This document shows, piece by piece, positions 56,485-64,000 of a stretch of 64,000 nucleotides of DNA. The notes under the pieces are model-generated. The model was not told the origin of the DNA, did no database searches, and worked only from the letters and a program-made list of their open reading frames with translations. The DNA is from an uncultured Chloroflexia bacterium. Lineage in GTDB: Bacteria; Chloroflexota; Limnocylindria; Limnocylindrales; CSP1-4. The DNA lies in assembly GCA_963750125.1 (NCBI GenBank), contig CAVVPT010000026.1, positions 22,059 through 86,058 on the forward strand, read 5' to 3'. The position numbers were made by a program, and so were the translations under genes. Positions within the stretch are counted from its first letter, which is position 1. The number at the start of each line of letters is the position of its first letter.

Positions 56485-57312
56485 TCAGGGTTCGATCTGG
56501 ATTGAGTCCACGATCGCCGCGAGTTGGGCTTGGACCTGTGCGGTCGTGCCGGGGAAGCTGTCTCTCCGGACCACCATACGGACCCCGTCGACATCGAGGA
56601 CCCAGATGCGCCACAGAGCGTTCGGCCCCTGGGCGTAGATCCCAGGCTCCCACACGAAGTAGTAGTTGCACCCACCAGGATCCGGTCCCAGCTCGTCGGT
56701 AGTGGTGTTCGCGGGCGCCCGGAGCTCCAGGTACTGCCCCGAGTACCCGCCCAGGATGACGTCCACGGGACTCGTGACGTCGAGGTCAGGATGATCCACG
56801 AGCGCGGTCACGAACTCGTCGACGGTCGTGCCGGTCGGGATGGTCGGCCCGTTGTCGTTGCCTGGCCCCGCACAAAGCTTGGAGTACAACCAGCCGCCAC
56901 GACCGATGACCAGACCCGCTCCCCCAGGTGGCAAGTAACTCTCGACGGCTCGAATAATTGTGCCGCCGAGCCCTGCCCAGCCAGCGGGGACCGTGAGCGT
57001 GACGCGAATGGAATCGTCCTCCGCGCCCGCTTCAATGCAGCCAGCCTGCAACGACTCCGCCACGCACAGACCACCGCTGCCCACGAACGGCTGGATCGTG
57101 TAGGTACCCGCCGCCAGAGGGCCGTCGAGGATCCGGGCTGGCGAGGGACTGGGTGATGGCGATTTCGATGGCGACGGGGTCGGCCCTGGTGAGCTCGTCG
57201 TCGGCGTCGGAGCCGCAGACGCCGGGGCAGCGGCCCCGGTGGCGACGCCTTGCCCCGTCGCACAACCGGCGATGGCGAACACGACGAGGACGGTTGCGAA
57301 CATGCGCTTCAT
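56485..57312 (-). CDS. Lipoprotein with Pro/Ser linker
   Basis: Lipobox IAGC; LAAGTY, TVPAGW, WVLDVDG and IVDSIQI. Confidence 0.82.
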   Translation of the reverse strand: MKRMFATVLVVFAIAGCATGQGVATGAAAPASAAPTPTTSSPGPTPSPSKSPSPSPSPARILDGPLAAGTYTIQPFVGSGGLCVAESLQAGCIEAGAEDDSIRVTLTVPAGWAGLGGTIIRAVESYLPPGGAGLVIGRGGWLYSKLCAGPGNDNGPTIPTGTTVDEFVTALVDHPDLDVTSPVDVILGGYSGQYLELRAPANTTTDELGPDPGGCNYYFVWEPGIYAQGPNALWRIWVLDVDGVRMVVRRDSFPGTTAQVQAQLAAIVDSIQIEP

Positions 57313-57498
57313 CTGGCGCCTCCGGGCAAGCGGGCAGTGGTAGTAGATGGATGCCGGCCGGGGCTACGAGGTTCGGGGACAGGCGTCACACGGACGCACT
57401 GAACCGGCCTGTCTCCAGCGGCATCTGGACACCTGACAGCAGCGATCGACGGCGACATCGCGGCGAGCGATCGCTAGGATCGGTGACCCGAGGGTGAG

Positions 57499-58092
57499 AT
57501 GAGTGCCCTGACGAGAGCGGCGACGGCGACGACTTTGGGGGACGACGCCCTCGTTCGTCGCGCTCGCACCGGCGATGCGACGGCGTTCGGGGTCCTCGTC
57601 GACACCCGGATCGATCGCTGCTACCGCCTCGCCTGGTCGATCCTGTCCAACGACGCCGACGCAGCCGACGCCACGCAGGACGCGCTCCTGGCAGCGTGGC
57701 GACAGCTCCCGCGCCTGCGCGATGCGGCGGCGTTCGACGGCTGGCTCAACCGGATCGTCGCCAACGCGGCGCTGATGGCCCGCAGGCACCGGCTCCGCCT
57801 GCGTGAGGTGTCGGTTACGCCGATCCATCCTGGCGATACGCTGCAGGAGCCCGAACCGCCGCCGGACCTTCGCGCAAGGACGGCATACGACGACGTCGTC
57901 GACAACGACGCGATCGGGCGCGGCTTCGACCACCTGCGGCCGCAGGACCGGATGATCCTCGTCCTCCACCACGTGGACGAGCGACCGGTCGCCGAGATCG
58001 CGCGGTCGTTGGGGATCCCGGCCGGAACCGTCAAGTCACGGCTGCATGCCGCCCGAATCGCGCTCGAGAAGGCGATGGAGGCCGAGCGATGA
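57499..58092 (+). CDS. ECF RNA polymerase sigma factor
   Basis: DATQDALLAAW, FDGWLNRIVAN and LGIPAGTVKSRLHAA. Confidence 0.92.
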   Translation: MSALTRAATATTLGDDALVRRARTGDATAFGVLVDTRIDRCYRLAWSILSNDADAADATQDALLAAWRQLPRLRDAAAFDGWLNRIVANAALMARRHRLRLREVSVTPIHPGDTLQEPEPPPDLRARTAYDDVVDNDAIGRGFDHLRPQDRMILVLHHVDERPVAEIARSLGIPAGTVKSRLHAARIALEKAMEAER

Positions 58093-59924
58093 ACGCCCCA
58101 CGCCTGACCGACGAGCAGGTCTCCCAGGCGCTTCGGGCCCACCTCCCGGACGGCGCCCAGGCCGGTCTGCGCGAGCGGATCCTCGAAGCAGCCGAGACGA
58201 CAAGCCAGCAGCGGGCGCTGCCCTCGTTCCTTGGTGCTCTCCGCGACGCAGACCCGGTCACCCGCCGACGGAGCCTGCTCATCGCCGCCGCGCTGCTGGT
58301 GGCACTTGCCCTCGCGGCGACCGCGGCCGTCGGGGCGTTGCGTGTCCTTGAGCGGGACCCCGTCGAGCGCCTGAGCCTCGAGCCACCGACCGTACCCAGC
58401 CCCGCGGTCACCACGCTGCCCGGACCGTCCACCGAACCATCGAGTCCACCGGTCGCCGAGACCCCCAGCCCACCGGTCGCCGATCGATACCAGGCTCTGG
58501 TCGCTCGGTCCGATGCTGACGGCACCGCCATCGTCGCCGTACGCGGCGATCGGCAGGAACGCGTCATCGTCACCTTCCCCCGAAGTGAACGGGAAGAAGT
58601 TGGATTGAAGCTTCTGTCCGCGGACGGCTGGCTCGTGATGTTCTACCGGGACGGGACGGAGTTCATCGACCTCCGCGATCCATCACGTCCGCCTCGCCCG
58701 TTCTCGATGGATGAGAACGTGACGGGCTTTTCATGGCACCCGGATGGCCGGTTCGCAGCCTGGGACGCGAGCGGGGTCGCGACGCTCATCGACCCCCAGA
58801 CCGGCGCGGAGACGCCGTTCAGAATGCGGGGCCCGGTGGGCAACTTCGTCGGATGGGCGGCAGACGGATCGGCGCTGGTCGCCTACAGCGACGGTGCCGA
58901 TGGCATCTACGGCCAAGGCGAGCTGGTGGCCGATGCGGCGTGGCGGGTGATCCGCCTCGACGGTGGCCCCGACGAGACCTCCTTCCCTGATCTGTACCCT
59001 GAGCTGGTTTCGTTCGGCCAATATGGCCGGGGAGGCGCGCGGTTGCAGCTGTGCGACCCACCGCAAGTGGACACGTCGGCGTCAGGTGACGGCCCAGGTG
59101 ACTGCCCTGACATGCCCATCGGCGCCGTGGTCGGCAAGGCTCCCGAAGGGAAGGTCACGATCTGGTACGGCGACGAGCTCGCTCCCGATACGGTTCACGA
59201 CGCGAGCTTCGGCGGCGATGGGACCGGGATGTGGCTCGTGCTCGATCGTCGGGTGGGAGGCCGGCAGCTCGCCCTCGCCCGCGTCGACGCACCGGGCGCC
59301 GCTCGGGTCGTGGCCGCAGCCGGGCTACCGGCCGCCGAGTACGATCCCTTCGAGATCCGTGGCGTCGCGCCCGACGACTCGCTCATCGCCATCGACGCGT
59401 CCGGGCTCGTCCTGGTCGAGCCGAGCACCGGACGGGTGACGCCGGTCGATGGAGGGTTCGTGGGCTTCATCCCATCAGCGAGCGCGGACACGTGGGCCGG
59501 ACAGCCGTTCCAGCCCGTCGAGCCGATTGCGTCGCTCGAGCCGGTTCTTCCCGCCTACCCGACGTTGCCCTCCATCGACGACTACTTGGTCGCCAACCAA
59601 CTCTCCCCTGGCGACCGCGAACTCGCGCGCCAGGAGTCCGTCGCCGTCGAGGGTTCGGCCGGGGCGGCTTCGACGACCGAGATCGGACCTCTCAAGCTCA
59701 AGACGGGGCTTGGCGTCGTGCTCATCTGCAGCGGCCCGTCAGACGTGCTCGTCACGATGGAACCCGACGGCCCGTTCATGCCGCTGCGGGCCAGCTGCGA
59801 TAGCGGCGTCAGCTTCGGGGGCCAGGCCCCGTCGGTGTCGATCAATGCCTCGGCCACGTTCGTCGTCACGGGGAGCACGGATACGTCGTGGCAGCTGGTG
59901 ATCTGGGACCCTGCTCCGGAGTGA
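58089..59924 (+). CDS. Membrane-anchored protein with extracytoplasmic beta-propeller, putative anti-sigma factor
   Basis: ATGA overlap with the sigma gene, one TM helix and WHPDG/WAADG/APDD repeats. Confidence 0.78.
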   Translation: MNAPRLTDEQVSQALRAHLPDGAQAGLRERILEAAETTSQQRALPSFLGALRDADPVTRRRSLLIAAALLVALALAATAAVGALRVLERDPVERLSLEPPTVPSPAVTTLPGPSTEPSSPPVAETPSPPVADRYQALVARSDADGTAIVAVRGDRQERVIVTFPRSEREEVGLKLLSADGWLVMFYRDGTEFIDLRDPSRPPRPFSMDENVTGFSWHPDGRFAAWDASGVATLIDPQTGAETPFRMRGPVGNFVGWAADGSALVAYSDGADGIYGQGELVADAAWRVIRLDGGPDETSFPDLYPELVSFGQYGRGGARLQLCDPPQVDTSASGDGPGDCPDMPIGAVVGKAPEGKVTIWYGDELAPDTVHDASFGGDGTGMWLVLDRRVGGRQLALARVDAPGAARVVAAAGLPAAEYDPFEIRGVAPDDSLIAIDASGLVLVEPSTGRVTPVDGGFVGFIPSASADTWAGQPFQPVEPIASLEPVLPAYPTLPSIDDYLVANQLSPGDRELARQESVAVEGSAGAASTTEIGPLKLKTGLGVVLICSGPSDVLVTMEPDGPFMPLRASCDSGVSFGGQAPSVSINASATFVVTGSTDTSWQLVIWDPAPE

Positions 59925-59939
59925 TGACGAGCGGGGGCG

Positions 59940-60001
59940 CGGCACTCCGCGAGCAGGGCTAGGACGACTAAAGCGGCGCGCTCTCGCTTCGAGGGGTCGC
60001 T
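59940..60001 (-). repeat. DPAKRERAALDVL motif copy E
   Basis: SDPSKRERAALVVLALLAE; abuts the integrase remnant. Confidence 0.72.
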
Positions 60002-60002
60002 C

Positions 60003-60581
60003 CAGGCCGTTGAGGGCGATCGCTTCGAAGCGCTGTACGTTGCCGCCATTGGGCTCGGGCTGCGCCGGGGCGAGCCGCTCGGGCTCCGCTGGTCCGATCT
60101 TGACCTTGAAGCGGGGACCGTGACCGTCCGCTATTCGCTATCGCGCGGGACGCGCACGCTGGCGGAGCCGAAGACGGAACGGTCCCGCCGCACCCTTCGG
60201 ATCCCCGGTGCCGTCGTAGACGCACTGCGAGAGCATCGGCGTCGGCAGCTCGAAGAGCGGATCGCTGCCGGCCCGCGCTGGGTTGACGAGGGCTACGTCT
60301 TCGCGACGCATCAGGGCCGGTCCCTGATGGCTAGGAACGTTCAGGGGTTCCATGGTCTCCGCCATTGCTACGCGACGCTGATGCTCGAGGATGGCGAGGA
60401 GCTGGCCGTCGTGAGTCGGACCCTCGGCCATTCGCAGCTCGCGACCACGGCCGATGTCTACGCGCATCTGAACCCGGCCATGCTCGAGCGGACGGCCGCC
60501 CGGATGGATGGCGTCCTGACCCCGTCACAAGAGGGCGTTGGGCGCCTGACGGTGGTACGGCAGGTGGTACGGGCGAATTAG
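60003..60581 (+). pseudogene. Tyrosine integrase catalytic-domain remnant (N-terminus lost, internal deletion)
   Basis: GLRRGE..GLRW.D.D, EPKT, FHGLRH, LGHS and ADVYAH. The segment between ARNV and FHGLRH is missing. Confidence 0.9.
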
Positions 60582-60582
60582 A

Positions 60583-60610
60583 GACCCCCGGCGGATGCCC
60601 GTCGGGGGTC
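60583..60610. terminator. Hairpin between integrase and tRNA 3' end
   Basis: GACCCCCGGCGG-ATGC-CCGTCGGGGGTC. Confidence 0.75.
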
Positions 60611-60627
60611 ATTTCGTGCGTAGATTT

Positions 60628-60702
60628 TGGCTGGCGCGCCAGGATTCGAACCTGGAACCCCCTGATCCAGAGTCAGGTGCTCTACCGTTGAGCCACGCGC
60701 CA
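60628..60702 (-). tRNA. tRNA-Gln (anticodon CUG)
   Basis: TGGCGCG..CCTGA CTCTGGA TCAGG..GGTTCGAATCC..CGCGCCAGCCA cloverleaf with encoded CCA. Confidence 0.96.
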
Positions 60703-60749
60703 GCGGTGCCGTACGGCGTGGTCGAGTCTACCGCCCACCGCCGGGCGCC

Positions 60750-61163
60750 TCAACCGTCGCCTCGGCCAACCCCCGGTGGCGGCGTCCCGACCCACGTCAC
60801 CAGCTGGATCACGATGCCGTTCGGGTCGCAAACCTGGAAGTAGCGTTCGCCCCACGGCTCGGTCTCGATCGGGGTCGTGATCTCGATACCCTCCGCCTCG
60901 AGCCGCGCGTATTCGGCGTCCACGTCGTCGACGACGAAGACGAGGAGCAGACCGTCGGCGTGGTGACCACGGAGATGCTCCGGTTTGAAGGTCGTCAGAC
61001 CGGTGCGCAGGTAAATAACGTTCATGCCCACGTCGAGGCGCGACAGCGAGACGAACCCGTCGGTGGCCATCTCCTCGACAAACCCGAAGTGGCGGACCAG
61101 GAACTCAGCGGATGATCGTTCGTTCGAAACGTTCAGCGAGACCGCCGAGGACGTGATGTTCAT
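60750..61163 (-). CDS. VOC/glyoxalase family protein
   Basis: FVVDDVDAEY..EPWGERYF..DPNGIVIQL. Confidence 0.9.
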   Translation of the reverse strand: MNITSSAVSLNVSNERSSAEFLVRHFGFVEEMATDGFVSLSRLDVGMNVIYLRTGLTTFKPEHLRGHHADGLLLVFVVDDVDAEYARLEAEGIEITTPIETEPWGERYFQVCDPNGIVIQLVTWVGTPPPGVGRGDG

Positions 61164-61195
61164 CGTGCCTCCAGGCGGTGATCGCCTGTGGTTTG

Positions 61196-62872
61196 CTACT
61201 GCCGCGCCTGGACCTTGGCCCACGTGTCCTTGAGCGTCAGCGTCCGGTTGAACACGATCTTGCCTGGCCGTGAGTCGGGATCAGCCGCGAAGTAGCCGAG
61301 GCGCTCGAACTGGACCGTCTCGCCGGGTTGCGCGTCGACGAGTGACGGCTCCACGAACGCCCCCCCGACCACGGTCTCCGAATTCGGGTTCAAGTCGGCG
61401 AGCTGATCGTCGGCCGCGCCCGGATCGGCCCGCGTGTAGAGGTGGTCATAGAGGCGCACCTCGGCAGGAACGGCGCTCGCGGCCGAGACCCAGTGGAGCG
61501 TCGCCTTCGGCCGGCGGCCGTCCGGGGCGTCGCCGCCCCGCGTCCGTGGATCGTATGTGCAGCGCAGCTCCACGACTCGACCCGAGGCCTCCTTCACGAC
61601 CTCCTGGCACGTAATGAAGTACGCCGCCCGGAGGCGCACTTCGCGGCCGGGTGCGAGCCGGAAGAACTTCGGGGCGGGCTCTTCCATGAAGTCGTCGCGC
61701 TCGATCCACAACTCCCGCCCGAATGGAACGCGCCGCGTCCCGGCGGCGGAGTCCTCCGGGTTGTTCGGGACCTCCACTTCTTCGATCCGGCCATCGGGAT
61801 AGTTGTCGATGACGACCTTGATCGGGTCGAGCACGCCAAACCGCCGCTGCGCGGTTCGGTTGAGGACCGATCGCACTGCGTGCTCGAGCAGCGCGTACTC
61901 GATCACGCTGTCCGTCTTGGTGACACCCACCATTTCCGCGAAATCGCGGATGCCCTCCGCCGGGAAGCCGCGGCGGCGCAGGCCGGAGATCGTCGGCATG
62001 CGCGGGTCGTCCCAGCCGCGAACCCGGCCCTCGTCGACGAGCCGGAGCAGGAATCGCTTCGACAGCACGGTGAACGTCAGGTTGAGCCGGGCGAACTCGT
62101 ATTGCCGCGGCCGCGAGGGGACCGGGAGGTGCTCGATCAACCAGTCGTAGAGCGGCCGGTGCGCCTCGAACTCGAGCGTGCAGATCGAATGGGTGACGCC
62201 CTCGATTGCGTCCGACTGGCCGTGCGCGAAGTCGTACGTCGGGTAGATGCACCACGTGTCGCCGGTCCGCGGGTGCGCGGCGTGGACGATGCGATACAGA
62301 ACCGGGTCGCGCAGGTTGATGTTCGGTGATGTCATGTCGATCCTTGCGCGGAGCACGCGGGCGCCGTTGGGAAACTCGCCGGTGCGCATCCGCGCGAACA
62401 GGTCGAGGTTCTCCTCGACCGGGCGATCGCGGTACGACGAGTTGCGACCAGGCTCGGTCAGCGTGCCGCGATGTTCGCGGATCTCTTCGGCCGACAGGTC
62501 GTCGACGTAGGCGTCGCCGTTTCGAATCAGATGAACGGCCCAGTCGTAGAGCTGCTCGAAGTAGTCGGATGCATGGTGCAGGTGCTCGCCCCAGTCGAAG
62601 CCGAGCCAGCGGATATCGCGCTCGATGGCGTCGATGTACTCCTGCTCCTCCTTGACCGGGTTCGTGTCGTCGAAGCGGAGATGGCAGCGGCCGCCGAAGT
62701 CGCGCGCGATGCCGAAGTTCAGGCTGATCGACTTGGCATGGCCGATGTGCAGATAGCCGTTCGGCTCTGGCGGAAAGCGGGTGACGATCGTCGAATTGCG
62801 CCCGCTTCGAACATCCGCGGCGACGATCTCGCGGATGAAGTCGGCGCGCTCGGGGGGAGTCTCGATGCTCAA
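61196..62872 (-). CDS. glnS: Glutamine--tRNA ligase
   Basis: [39 protein letters not shown] and QFERLGYF. Confidence 0.96.
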   Translation of the reverse strand: MSIETPPERADFIREIVAADVRSGRNSTIVTRFPPEPNGYLHIGHAKSISLNFGIARDFGGRCHLRFDDTNPVKEEQEYIDAIERDIRWLGFDWGEHLHHASDYFEQLYDWAVHLIRNGDAYVDDLSAEEIREHRGTLTEPGRNSSYRDRPVEENLDLFARMRTGEFPNGARVLRARIDMTSPNINLRDPVLYRIVHAAHPRTGDTWCIYPTYDFAHGQSDAIEGVTHSICTLEFEAHRPLYDWLIEHLPVPSRPRQYEFARLNLTFTVLSKRFLLRLVDEGRVRGWDDPRMPTISGLRRRGFPAEGIRDFAEMVGVTKTDSVIEYALLEHAVRSVLNRTAQRRFGVLDPIKVVIDNYPDGRIEEVEVPNNPEDSAAGTRRVPFGRELWIERDDFMEEPAPKFFRLAPGREVRLRAAYFITCQEVVKEASGRVVELRCTYDPRTRGGDAPDGRRPKATLHWVSAASAVPAEVRLYDHLYTRADPGAADDQLADLNPNSETVVGGAFVEPSLVDAQPGETVQFERLGYFAADPDSRPGKIVFNRTLTLKDTWAKVQARQ

Positions 62873-62951
62873 GGGCGCGGCAATCCGGCTGCAGTTGACG
62901 GGGCGTTCGGAGTCTATCGCGCGGGACGTGGGCGCTCAACCGGACCGCTCG

Positions 62952-63839
62952 TCAACCGGCCTTGAACCGCTCCACGAGCGCGAGGTCCTGCTCCGCCTCG
63001 TGGTAGGCGATGTTCCTGCGCGACGCCTCCGCGATGGCGGCCCGGTGGAAGAACGCGGCGGCATCGAGGTCGCGCTTGAAGAACATGATGTTCCCGAGAC
63101 CGTTGAGCGCCTCGTAGCCGGTCGGGTCGAGCGCGAGCGTCTCGAGGAACCGCTTCTCCGACTCGTCGAGGAGCGGATCGCGCGGCGCGCGCCAGGCCTG
63201 GATGGCGTCCCAGTACTTGATCATGTAGGCGTTCTTGAGGTGGTAGCCGGTCAGGTTGACGAGCATCGGGTCGAGCGGCCACGACGCAACCGCGGCATCG
63301 ACGACTGGATCCAGGGCAGCCTGATCGCGCGCAGCCGTGGCGAGGTCTCCGGCCCCCACCAACTCAAGGATTGCCGCCTGCGACCTGCCGATGCGATCGC
63401 TGGCCGCCGCCAGCTCCGGACCCTGGTAGCTCAACGCCGGCGCCAGCCGGTTCGAGCCCTTCGGCGATTTGCGGATGGCGCGCGCGAGGTCGGCGACGAC
63501 CTCCTTTGTGACGCGCTGGATCTTGAGCCGGACGCTGCCCTGGAGGCACTGCGGCAGCGGCGTCGCGTCGAGCGAGCACGGGATGATGAAGCGCTGCACG
63601 TGATAGGCGGTCAGCCATTCGGTGGCGACCCAGCGCGACGTTGCGGCTTCCTCCGACCAGAGCAGCACGAGGACACGAGCGGCCCGGATCGAGCCCTGCA
63701 GCTCCTCGCCAAGCAGGATGCCCAGCCGGATCTCGGAATCGTCCAGCCAGATGCTCAGCCCGTCTGCCTCCAGGGCCTTCTCGATCCGCAGCGCGACGTT
63801 CCGGTTGGCCGACGAGTGGCTGACAAACGCGTCGGTCAC
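62952..63839 (-). CDS. TIR domain protein with C-terminal TPR-like helices
   Basis: AFVSHSS..IWLD..LWS....SRWVATE..IIP, followed by LALDP..ALNGLGNI. Confidence 0.85.
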   Translation of the reverse strand: MTDAFVSHSSANRNVALRIEKALEADGLSIWLDDSEIRLGILLGEELQGSIRAARVLVLLWSEEAATSRWVATEWLTAYHVQRFIIPCSLDATPLPQCLQGSVRLKIQRVTKEVVADLARAIRKSPKGSNRLAPALSYQGPELAAASDRIGRSQAAILELVGAGDLATAARDQAALDPVVDAAVASWPLDPMLVNLTGYHLKNAYMIKYWDAIQAWRAPRDPLLDESEKRFLETLALDPTGYEALNGLGNIMFFKRDLDAAAFFHRAAIAEASRRNIAYHEAEQDLALVERFKAG

Positions 63840-64000
63840 GGCTGCTCGTCTTCGTCGGCGTCGTCGGGCGCTGCCTCCTCGTCGGCCTCGGCGTCCGTCT
63901 CGGCAGCCTCGCGAACGGGCCCGGGCCCGGCGCTCAGCTGACCCGTCGGAGGACGGTCCGCTGATTGATCGAGCCGGAACTGGGTCATCGCGTCCTGCAT
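63836..64000 (-). CDS. C-terminal fragment of an unknown gene with an acidic tail (5' part outside window)
   Basis: Open frame ...DAEADEEAAPDDADEDEQP*; the stop overlaps the TIR start (GTGA). Confidence 0.6.
   Translation of the reverse strand: MQDAMTQFRLDQSADRPPTGQLSAGPGPVREAAETDAEADEEAAPDDADEDEQP

Larger units (their letters stand above)
50411..60627. mobile_element. Decayed composite genomic island at the tRNA-Gln 3' end (at least two tandem integrations)
   Basis: tRNA 3'-end duplications at 50411 and 51706, two integrase remnants, fragmented genes and unrelated cargo. Confidence 0.85.

Noticed and set aside
50411-60627. CRISPR array or classical integron
   Set aside because: There are no regular repeat-spacer units or cas genes. 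The hairpins lack attC core sites, and the integrase remnants are phage/ICE-type.

Overview
High-GC bacterial chromosome segment. Gene style and many leaderless starts suggest a soil Chloroflexota/Actinomycetota-like organism (inference only). Many genes carry single-base frameshifts that look like long-read indel errors. 2.3-9.9 kb holds a SAM-I riboswitch-controlled methionine operon: a threonine-synthase-like PLP enzyme, a MoaD/CysO-like sulfur carrier ending in GG-Cys, a homocysteine methyltransferase-MTHFR fusion and metH. 10-50 kb is a patchwork of secreted enzymes, ECF sigma modules, STAND-LuxR regulators, cupins, redox genes and gene remnants. 50.4-60.7 kb is a ~10 kb decayed island at the 3' end of tRNA-Gln(CUG). 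It contains two extra copies of the tRNA 3' end, two tyrosine-integrase remnants and three families of repeated elements that punctuate unrelated cargo genes. These are five co-oriented copies of a DPAKRERAALDVLALLP coding motif, a ~220-bp structured non-coding repeat and a ~55-bp hairpin pair. This cassette-like array is the best candidate for an undescribed system. The window ends with glnS and a TIR-TPR gene.
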